From an uncultured Draconibacterium sp. (GTDB lineage: Bacteria; Bacteroidota; Bacteroidia; Bacteroidales; Prolixibacteraceae), in contig OY782038.1 in the NCBI GenBank assembly GCA_963677575.1, forward strand, positions 1,916,195-1,980,194: a DNA stretch of 64,000 nt. The letters are read 5' to 3'. The notes below the pieces were generated by a model. That model was not told where the DNA came from, ran no database searches, and saw only the letters and a list, made by a program, of their open reading frames with translations. Below, in pieces: positions 10,114 through 17,117 of this stretch. The position numbers and the translations under genes were made by a program. Each line of letters starts with the position of its first letter. Position 1 is the stretch's first letter.

Positions 10114-11290
10114 TTACCACGTTGAAATTGAGTTTCAGCAAAAACGCCCCAAAGGCGAAATTGCCTGTGGCGACGTATTTCAGTCAAGTATTATTCGTGA
10201 GGAAGGACGCACCATTTTAGTATTGAGCGACGGCATTGGCCATGGCATTAAAGCGAGTGTTTTGGCAACGCTAACTTCAACAATGGCATTAAAATATTCG
10301 CTACTACACACCAAACCAGAAGTAGCCGCGCGCATAATTATGGAAACGTTGCCCAAAAGCAGCGACGGAAAAGAAAGTTATGCCACATTCACCATTATTG
10401 AACTGGACGATGAGGGACATGTGCGAATTGTGAATTACGACAACCCGGGAATTTTGGTACTCAGAAACGAAGTTGCCATACAAGGTAAAGAATATAACCT
10501 GACCATCAGAGGTGAAGAAAACCTGGGCAAAGTACTGCATTGCAAAGAGTTTACTGCCCGTAAAGAAGACCGCATAATTTTTATGTCGGACGGCGTTGAA
10601 CAATCAGGATTGGGAAACCAACGTTATCCGCTTGGTTGGGGAATAGAAAACATCGAAGATTTTGCGCTGAACCAAATAAAACGAATGCCCGACATTTCGG
10701 CCACAAAGCTGGCACGTAAAATTGTTAACCAGGCAGTTATGAACGACCAGTTTTCGGTTAAAGACGACACCAGCTGCGGCGTAATGTATTTTCGCGAGCC
10801 GCGTAAATTTATGCTCATTACCGGTCCACCTTTCTACAAAATAAAGGACTTTGATTTTGTTGGCCGAATTCAGAATTTTGATGGTAAAAAAATTATTTGC
10901 GGAGGAACCACTGCAGAGATTATTGCCCGCGAACTTGACCTCACTGTAGAAATTCAACACGGTAATAAAAATCTGGAAAAGTTACCACCAACTGCAAAAA
11001 TGCAGGGTTTTGAAATGGTTACTGAAGGAATTCTTACCTTGGGGAAAGTTGAAGAAATACTAGAGAATTACGACAGCGATACCCGGCTTACAGACAGTAC
11101 GCCCGAAGAAATTGTGAAGCTCTTGCTGCAGCACGATTGTATTGATATTATTGTTGGAACCCGGATTAACTGGGCACACCAGGATCCGGAACAACCACTG
11201 GAACTTGAACTTCGCAAATTTGTAGTAAAACGTATTGTTAAACTGCTGATACACAAATTCTTTAAAAAGGTAAAGATCGAATACGTATAA
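10091..11290 (+). CDS. SpoIIE/PP2C-type Ser/Thr phosphatase (HfsC-like)
   Basis: CGD, LSDGIGHG, FMSDGV, KDDTS PP2C motifs; CGGTTAEI C-terminal domain. Confidence 0.85.
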   Translation: MVTTTNPDYHVEIEFQQKRPKGEIACGDVFQSSIIREEGRTILVLSDGIGHGIKASVLATLTSTMALKYSLLHTKPEVAARIIMETLPKSSDGKESYATFTIIELDDEGHVRIVNYDNPGILVLRNEVAIQGKEYNLTIRGEENLGKVLHCKEFTARKEDRIIFMSDGVEQSGLGNQRYPLGWGIENIEDFALNQIKRMPDISATKLARKIVNQAVMNDQFSVKDDTSCGVMYFREPRKFMLITGPPFYKIKDFDFVGRIQNFDGKKIICGGTTAEIIARELDLTVEIQHGNKNLEKLPPTAKMQGFEMVTEGILTLGKVEEILENYDSDTRLTDSTPEEIVKLLLQHDCIDIIVGTRINWAHQDPEQPLELELRKFVVKRIVKLLIHKFFKKVKIEYV

Positions 11291-11504
11291 TATTCCGGAA
11301 AACAAGAACAGGAATTGGTTGAACAAAGCTGCCCGAATTTCGTACTACTACTGAGGGTCTTCCCCATGATTTGAATAGTTATTCTTTCAAAATAAAAACA
11401 AGACCGGATATGAAACGAGCTTATAAAATATTACATCGTAGTAGATTATTAAAAAAAGTGCGAGTTCCATACTATACCGAAAAAAAATAAACAATTATAA
11501 TAGT

Positions 11505-12119
11505 ATGAAAACAATATTTACCATCTTATTCTCGCTTCTGTTTCTCACTTCGTTTGGGCAAATCAAACGTTTTTTAATCCAGGGACAGGTTGTCGATCAG
11601 AATGACAATCCGGTCAGCGATGTTTATATTGTAAATCTCGACAACCACGAGAAAGATATCAGCCAAAAAAATGGTGTATTTTCCGTTTGGGTTTCACCAA
11701 GCGATTCGCTGGTACTTTCACATATTTCGTATTTCAGAAAAATAGTTTCGGTGCACTCGTTGCTTGTTAATCCAAAGATGGAACTTGTTTCCGAAAATGT
11801 AGACATTCCTGAAATAGTCGTGTCGCCCGAACAGGTTTCAGAAATGGACAAGGCCAAAGAAAACCTCGCCTTTATGAAAGAATATAGTACGCCAATTAAA
11901 TTTCGCATGGCGGAAGAAGAAAGTGACCCGGTTACAACGATAATGACTGAAAATAACGACTTGATGCGCTCGGAAGCCTCATCGATAAGCATTGCCCGTT
12001 TTTCTCCATCCGAAAATATTGGCAAACTATTCACCCGCTGGAAAAAGAATAATCAATCGGATGACTATTTTTCTACACGTAAAACCCGCGAGGAATTGGA
12101 AAAAAAGAATAATAAGTAA
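11505..12119 (+). CDS. exported protein with carboxypeptidase-regulatory-like domain
   Basis: signal peptide; IQGQVVD...G.FS...DSLV.SHI.Y pattern. Confidence 0.6.
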   Translation: MKTIFTILFSLLFLTSFGQIKRFLIQGQVVDQNDNPVSDVYIVNLDNHEKDISQKNGVFSVWVSPSDSLVLSHISYFRKIVSVHSLLVNPKMELVSENVDIPEIVVSPEQVSEMDKAKENLAFMKEYSTPIKFRMAEEESDPVTTIMTENNDLMRSEASSISIARFSPSENIGKLFTRWKKNNQSDDYFSTRKTREELEKKNNK

Positions 12120-12236
12120 CAAGCACTCAGCCCAGATATTTTCCTGGTTATTTCAACCAGTTTACTCATAATTTACAATGTGTCACAAACTTTTGAATAC
12201 TCCGACTGTTCTTTAGTTGTACATAAATTGTAAAAT

Positions 12237-12773
12237 ATGAAAAAACTAATTCTTATAAACGTATTACTACTGGCTGTAATTACAGCTTTCGGGCAAAGTT
12301 CGCTGCACGATTTTACCGTGAAAGACATTGAAGGAAATGATTTCGACCTTTCCACATTGAAAGGAAAAAAAGTGTTGGTTGTAAACACTGCATCAAAATG
12401 TGGCTTAACACCGCAGTTTGAACAATTACAAAGCGTGTTTGAGCAATATGGAGGCGATGATTTTGTTATTATTGGATTTCCGGCAAATAATTTTGCTAAC
12501 CAGGAACCCAAAAGCAATGCCGAAATTGTTGAATTTTGCGAGATGAATTACGGAGTTACATTCCCGATGATGTCAAAAATTTCGGTGAAAGGCGATGATA
12601 TGCACCCAGTATACCAGTGGCTGACTCAGAAAAGTAAAAATGGTAAACAAGACTCAGAAGTTAGCTGGAACTTTCAGAAATACCTGATCGATGAAAACGG
12701 AATGTTAGTTGATGTAATTGAGCCAAAAGTTAAACCCGATGATGCTAAGATCATTAGCTGGGTAACGAATTAA
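12237..12773 (+). CDS. glutathione peroxidase family protein (Cys type, exported)
   Basis: VVNTASKCGLT, GFPANNF, WNFQKYLI. Confidence 0.92.
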   Translation: MKKLILINVLLLAVITAFGQSSLHDFTVKDIEGNDFDLSTLKGKKVLVVNTASKCGLTPQFEQLQSVFEQYGGDDFVIIGFPANNFANQEPKSNAEIVEFCEMNYGVTFPMMSKISVKGDDMHPVYQWLTQKSKNGKQDSEVSWNFQKYLIDENGMLVDVIEPKVKPDDAKIISWVTN

Positions 12774-12801
12774 TTCCAGAAATGCATGTATTATAAATAC
12801 G

Positions 12802-12831
12802 AAAAAAGGCCGACATTTGTCGACCTCTTTT
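12802..12831 (-). terminator. terminator-like hairpin after tRNA-like element A; also faces the convergent peroxidase gene
   Basis: AGGTCGAC-AAAT-GTCGGCCT followed by a T tract on the minus strand. Confidence 0.65.
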
Positions 12832-12832
12832 G

Positions 12833-12907
12833 TGGGGAGTACTGGATTCGAACCAGTGACCCTCCCGATGCAAATCGGGATGCTCTGAACCAATAAGCTA
12901 AAACCCC
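12833..12907 (-). ncRNA. tRNA-Val-derived tRNA-like element A (no canonical anticodon arm)
   Basis: D arm, variable loop, T arm and 3' acceptor strand match the neighbouring tRNA-Val; anticodon arm is TCCCGAT-TTGC-ATCGGGA. Confidence 0.8.
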
Positions 12908-13143
12908 TCTATCAATTTCAGAATTGCACTTCTACTTTTCCAGTTTTTAAGTTGCATTTCACGTTTAATTGCATCACTTTTTTCTCCAAAAGTTTCATAA
13001 TATTTTAACTCCCATGGTTTCCCGGTTGACGTAAATCCTTTGTTAGATGAGTTATGACGCTGCAAGCGTCCTTCAACATCACTTGTAGAACCAATATAGA
13101 ATTTATTTAGTTTCTCTGAATACAAAATATAACAGTAATACAT
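12898..13143 (-). CDS. small GIY-YIG nuclease, intact copy A (81 aa)
   Basis: YCYIL..YIG motif, conserved Arg (RLQRH) and Glu (KRE); ATG start. Confidence 0.9.
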   Translation of the reverse strand: MYYCYILYSEKLNKFYIGSTSDVEGRLQRHNSSNKGFTSTGKPWELKYYETFGEKSDAIKREMQLKNWKSRSAILKLIEGF

Positions 13144-13157
13144 GATATTAAAATACG

Positions 13158-13187
13158 AAAAAAGGCCGACATTTGTCGACCTTTTTT
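13158..13187 (-). terminator. terminator-like hairpin after element B
   Basis: AAGGTCGAC-AAAT-GTCGGCCTT followed by a T tract. Confidence 0.6.
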
Positions 13188-13188
13188 G

Positions 13189-13264
13189 TGGGGAGTACTG
13201 GATTCGAACCAGTGACCCTCCCGATACAAATCGGGATGATCTGAACCAACTAAGCTAAAACTCC
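13189..13264 (-). ncRNA. tRNA-like element B
   Basis: as element A; anticodon arm TCCCGAT-TTGT-ATCGGGA; one D-stem mismatch. Confidence 0.8.
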
Positions 13265-13500
13265 TCTATCAATTTCAGAATTGCACTTCTGCTTTTCCAT
13301 TTTTTAAGTTGCGCTTCGCGTTTTATTGCTTCACTTTTTTCCTCAAAAGCTTCATAATATTCTAACTTCCACGGTTTTCCAGTTGATGTAAATCCTCTAT
13401 TTGAATTATTATGTCGTTGTAAACGACCTTTCACGTCTCCCGTAAAACCAATATAGAATTTATCTAGTTTCTCTGAATACAGAATGTAACAGTAATACTT
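13255..13500 (-). CDS. GIY-YIG nuclease copy B, start codon mutated (ATG to AAG); possible pseudogene
   Basis: 66/81 aa identical to copy A; the only nearby in-frame start is TTG 13515 at the end of the hairpin T tract. Confidence 0.75.
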   Translation of the reverse strand, partial: KYYCYILYSEKLDKFYIGFTGDVKGRLQRHNNSNRGFTSTGKPWKLEYYEAFEEKSEAIKREAQLKKWKSRSAILKLIEEF

Positions 13501-13513
13501 GACATTAAAATAC

Positions 13514-13544
13514 AAAAAAAGGCCGACTTTTGTCGACCTTCTTT
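13514..13544 (-). terminator. terminator-like hairpin after element C
   Basis: AAGGTCGAC-AAAA-GTCGGCCTT followed by a T tract. Confidence 0.6.
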
Positions 13545-13545
13545 G

Positions 13546-13621
13546 TGGGGAGTACTGGATTCGAACCAGTGACCCTCCCGATACAAATCGGGATGATCTG
13601 AACCAACTAAGCTAAAACTCC
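13546..13621 (-). ncRNA. tRNA-like element C
   Basis: same sequence as element B. Confidence 0.8.
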
Positions 13622-13856
13622 TCTATCAATTTCAGAATTGCACTTCTGCTTTTCCATTTTTTAAGTTGCGCTTCGCGTTTTATTGCTTCACTTTTTTCCT
13701 CAAAAGCTTCATAATATTCTAACTTCCACGGTTTTCCAGTTGATGTAAATTCTCTATTGAATTATTATGTCGTTGTAAACGACCTTTCACGTCTCCCCTA
13801 GAATCAATATAGAATTTATCTAGTTTCTCTGAATACAGAATGTAACAGTAATACAT
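13612..13856 (-). pseudogene. GIY-YIG nuclease copy C, frameshifted
   Basis: 245 nt versus 246 nt; 1-nt deletion near 13757 relative to copy B; YIG changed to YID. Confidence 0.88.
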
Positions 13857-13869
13857 GACATTAAAATAC

Positions 13870-13900
13870 AAAAAAAGGCCGACTTTTGTCGACCTTCTTT
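13870..13900 (-). terminator. terminator-like hairpin after tRNA-Val copy 2
   Basis: same sequence as the hairpin at 13514-13544. Confidence 0.65.
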
Positions 13901-13901
13901 G

Positions 13902-13976
13902 TGGGGAGTACTGGATTCGAACCAGTGACCCCCTGGGTGTAAACCAGGTGCTCTGAACCAACTGAGCTAACCCCCC
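13902..13976 (-). tRNA. tRNA-Val(UAC), copy 2
   Basis: full cloverleaf: GGGGGGT/ACTCCCC acceptor, GCTC/GAGC D stem, CCTGG-TTTACAC-CCAGG anticodon arm, ACTGG-TTCGAAT-CCAGT T arm. Confidence 0.97.
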
Positions 13977-14013
13977 AATATTTAAAAAATCATTAACAGT
14001 AATGAAGCACATT

Positions 14014-14044
14014 AAAAAAGAGGTCAATCAAAATTAACCTCTTT
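14014..14044 (-). terminator. terminator-like hairpin after tRNA-Val copy 1
   Basis: AAAGAGGTTAAT..ATTGACCTCTTT followed by a T tract. Confidence 0.6.
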
Positions 14045-14046
14045 CG

Positions 14047-14121
14047 TGGGGAGTACTGGATTCGAACCAGTGACCCCCTGGGTGTAAACCAGGTGCTCTG
14101 AACCAACTGAGCTAACCCCCC
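14047..14121 (-). tRNA. tRNA-Val(UAC), copy 1
   Basis: identical 75-nt cloverleaf to copy 2. Confidence 0.97.
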
Positions 14122-14170
14122 AATATGCTATTTCTGTTTCTGAACGCACCCCCTTTTCAGTAAGGCGCTG

Positions 14171-14178
14171 CAAATATA
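14171..14178 (-). promoter_or_regulatory. -7 promoter element for the tRNA-Val transcript
   Basis: TATATTTG matches TAnnTTTG, about 50 nt upstream of tRNA copy 1. Confidence 0.6.
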
Positions 14179-14220
14179 AAACCTATTTTCAGTTCTGCAA
14201 AAATTTTTTCAAGATTTTTC

Positions 14221-15525
14221 TCAAAGCACTTCTGCTACCACAAACGTGCTGCCTCCTACAAATATCATATCCGTTTTATCTGCAACAAGTTGAGCTTTCA
14301 CGTAAGCCTCGTTTACTGACGAATACACCTCCCCTATCAAACCAAACTCTTTGGCCCTTTTGGCCAACTCGTCTGCATCCATAGCTCTTGCAATGTCAGC
14401 TTTTACAAAATAGTACTTCGCCTGTTTGGGTAAAAGTGCCAAAACTTTCCCCGGATCTTTATCGCCAACAGTGCCAAAAATAAAATGCAACTGCTTGTAA
14501 GCCGTATTTTTCAGTTGCTGAACAATCGATTTAATTCCATCTTCATTGTGCCCTGTATCGCAAACCGTTAACGGATTATTGCCAATCACCTGCCATCGCC
14601 CCAATAACCCGGTATTTGTTACTACATTTTTCAGTCCTTCTCGCAAATTATCTTCTGTAATTTTATAATCCTTTTTATTTAAAAGATCAACGGCTTTTAG
14701 TACGGCCGGAATATTTTTATGCTGATATTGCCCCAATAAATCCAAGACCAATTCAGTATAAACGTCCTCCCCCTCCTTTTGCACATTGAGTTGTTGTTTG
14801 CCATCCATGCTCAACATTGAATACGCAACATTGTATTCCTGATCAGAGAAATAAATTGAAGTATCTACTTCTTGCACTTTTTCATTGAAAACCGGAGTTG
14901 TTTCTTTTTGTGTTGTTCCAATAACCACCGGAACGTCCTTTTTGATGATTCCGGCTTTTTCTCCTGCGATTTTCTCCAAGGTATCTCCAAGAAGGTTGGT
15001 ATGATCCAAACCAATATTGGTAATAATACTCACATCGGGCGTAATAACATTGGTAGAATCAAGTCGCCCGCCGAGCCCAACTTCCATTACTGCCACATCA
15101 ATTTCCTTATCGGCAAAATAATCGAATGCCATAGCAACCGTCAGTTCGAAAAATGAAGACTGGATTTTCCACAAATTATTGTTAATTATAAAATTACTCA
15201 CCCAGTCAACCACCTCCGATTCCGGAATCATTTCGCCATCAATTTTTATCCGCTCACGAAAATCTTTCATGTGTGGAGACGTATACAATCCCGTTTTATA
15301 TCCCGCCGCCTGAAGTACCGATGCCAGCATATGCGAAACCGATCCTTTCCCATTCGTTCCGGCAACGTGGATTGTTCGGTATTTCTGATGCGGATGACCA
15401 TAATATTCATCCAGTTTCAAAGTATTTTCCAGGGTGTTTTTGTAGGCAGCCGGCCCAGTTCGCTGAAACATAGGCAACTGACTAAACAGGTAGTATAAAG
15501 TAGCTTTGTAATCCAATGAATTCAA
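14221..15525 (-). CDS. folC: folylpolyglutamate/dihydrofolate synthase
   Basis: HVAGTNGKGS, YTSPH, EVGLGGRLDSTN, CDTGHN. Confidence 0.95.
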   Translation of the reverse strand: MNSLDYKATLYYLFSQLPMFQRTGPAAYKNTLENTLKLDEYYGHPHQKYRTIHVAGTNGKGSVSHMLASVLQAAGYKTGLYTSPHMKDFRERIKIDGEMIPESEVVDWVSNFIINNNLWKIQSSFFELTVAMAFDYFADKEIDVAVMEVGLGGRLDSTNVITPDVSIITNIGLDHTNLLGDTLEKIAGEKAGIIKKDVPVVIGTTQKETTPVFNEKVQEVDTSIYFSDQEYNVAYSMLSMDGKQQLNVQKEGEDVYTELVLDLLGQYQHKNIPAVLKAVDLLNKKDYKITEDNLREGLKNVVTNTGLLGRWQVIGNNPLTVCDTGHNEDGIKSIVQQLKNTAYKQLHFIFGTVGDKDPGKVLALLPKQAKYYFVKADIARAMDADELAKRAKEFGLIGEVYSSVNEAYVKAQLVADKTDMIFVGGSTFVVAEVL

Positions 15526-15616
15526 TATTTATTAACTATTGCAAGTTTATTAATTTTTGGCTCATCAGACCCTATTTCTGACGAATTTATCTACATTTAG
15601 AACAAATCATTTATAT

Positions 15617-16948
15617 ATGCTGAGTAAAACCAAAAAGAGTAAAATTTTCGTTCTTGACACGAACGTAATTTTACACGATCACACATGTATTTACCAGTTC
15701 CAGGATAACGACATTATCCTTCCGATTACAGTACTCGAGGAGCTGGACAAATTTAAACGAGGAAACGACCTTATCAACTTTCAGGCACGCGAATTTACCC
15801 GGGTGCTTGATGAAATTGTTGGAGATGACATTTTTAACGGCGGGAAATCGCTTGGTGTAGGAAAAGGCCGCATACGAATTGAAACGGGCAAACCATTCTC
15901 GGATGAGTTAAAAGCTTCGTTTCGTGAGGATATCCCCGATCATAGAATCCTGGCGATCGCAGATTTTACCGCAAAAGCTTATCCGCGTCGAAAAACAGTT
16001 CTGATCAGTAAAGACATTAACCTTCGGATGAAGGCCAAGTCGCTGGGCATTCAGGCTGAAGATTACAAAACCGACCAGGTAACCGACGAGAATGTACTGG
16101 ATAAAACCATTACAACTTTCGATAATTTTGACGATATGGTTATCGATCAACTTTATCAACAAGGTTCGTTTGCAAAAGCCGATGTTAAAGATTTTACACC
16201 CGATGCGAACGAGTGTTTTATTTTCAGAGGCAACCAATCGAGTGCACTGGCGCGATACGACAACAAATCGGAGCGCGTTTACCGTGTAGAGAAAAAATCG
16301 GCTTACGGCATTAAACCACGAAATGCCGAACAGACTTTTAGTTTGAATATGCTGATGGATCCGGAAGTACGACTAATGGCGCTTACCGGAAAAGCAGGAA
16401 CCGGAAAAACATTGTTGGCACTGGCTGCCGCAATAGAGCAACACCGCCAGTACGAACAGATACTTTTAGCCCGCCCAATTGTAGCATTAAGTAACCGAGA
16501 CATTGGTTATTTGCCCGGTGATGCGAACGAAAAGATCAATCCATACATGCAGCCGCTTTTCGATAACCTGGCTGTAATTAAGCATACTTTCAACCCACGA
16601 AGTAACGAGTACCAGCTTATTGAAGAGATGGTAAAAGATGAAAAACTGAACATCACACCTCTGGCATACATTCGTGGACGAAGTTTATCGAATGCATTCT
16701 TCATTATAGATGAAGCGCAAAACCTTACTCCGCACGAAATAAAGACCATTATTACACGTGCCGGCGAAGGAACAAAAATGGTATTCACCGGCGATTTGTG
16801 GCAGATCGACTCGCCTTACCTCGATATGAAATCGAACGGGCTGGCGTACATGGTAGACCGCATGCGCAACCAGGAATTGTTTGCACACATTAATTTGGTG
16901 AAAGGCGAACGAAGTTACCTGGCCGAACTGGCTAGTAACTTATTGTAA
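15617..16948 (+). CDS. PIN domain + PhoH-like ATPase (PhoH2 type)
   Basis: VLDTNV PIN motif, GKAGTGKT Walker A, RGRS, IDEAQN, GDLWQID. Confidence 0.9.
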   Translation: MLSKTKKSKIFVLDTNVILHDHTCIYQFQDNDIILPITVLEELDKFKRGNDLINFQAREFTRVLDEIVGDDIFNGGKSLGVGKGRIRIETGKPFSDELKASFREDIPDHRILAIADFTAKAYPRRKTVLISKDINLRMKAKSLGIQAEDYKTDQVTDENVLDKTITTFDNFDDMVIDQLYQQGSFAKADVKDFTPDANECFIFRGNQSSALARYDNKSERVYRVEKKSAYGIKPRNAEQTFSLNMLMDPEVRLMALTGKAGTGKTLLALAAAIEQHRQYEQILLARPIVALSNRDIGYLPGDANEKINPYMQPLFDNLAVIKHTFNPRSNEYQLIEEMVKDEKLNITPLAYIRGRSLSNAFFIIDEAQNLTPHEIKTIITRAGEGTKMVFTGDLWQIDSPYLDMKSNGLAYMVDRMRNQELFAHINLVKGERSYLAELASNLL

Positions 16949-16951
16949 CTG

Positions 16952-17025
16952 GTCATTCCGTCCATCAAGCTGACGGATTCGGAATCTGCAACCATGATAG
17001 ATGCTGAAATAAATTCAGCTTAACG
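16952..17025. repeat. REP-like inverted doublet (GTCA...TCT / AGA...TTAAC)
   Basis: GTCATTCCG..TTCGGAATCT followed by AGATGCTGAAATAAATTCAGC, directly after a stop codon. Confidence 0.65.
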
Positions 17026-17117
17026 TAACATAGAATAATTGATTCAAAAAGAAGTATTTGCAATAAGCAGCTTTTTTCTACCTTTGCAGCCTATTTAGAA
17101 TTAGTCAAGATAGCAAG

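Larger units (their letters stand above)
12802..13931 (-). repeat. tandem array, three 356-357 bp periods: hairpin / GIY-YIG ORF / tRNA-like element
   Basis: identical 31-nt block gtggggagtactggattcgaaccagtgaccc at 12832, 13188, 13545, 13901 (and 14046). Confidence 0.95.

Noticed and set aside
12833-13621. Functional tRNA-Ala(UGC)/Thr(UGU) or quadruplet-decoding tRNAs
   Set aside because: The loop closes to 4 nt, the putative anticodon differs between copies, and the acceptor stem pairs poorly in register.
13719-14027. 102-aa ORF from the ORF track
   Set aside because: A chimera of antisense-read spacer, tRNA-Val sequence and the frameshifted GIY-YIG copy C.
12802-14121. CRISPR array
   Set aside because: The repeats are tRNA-derived, the intervening ~280-bp segments are homologous coding sequence rather than unique spacers, and there are no cas genes.
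15617-16948. PIN-PhoH as a novel defence or toxin gene
   Set aside because: Well-known widespread family in a housekeeping context with no antitoxin partner seen.
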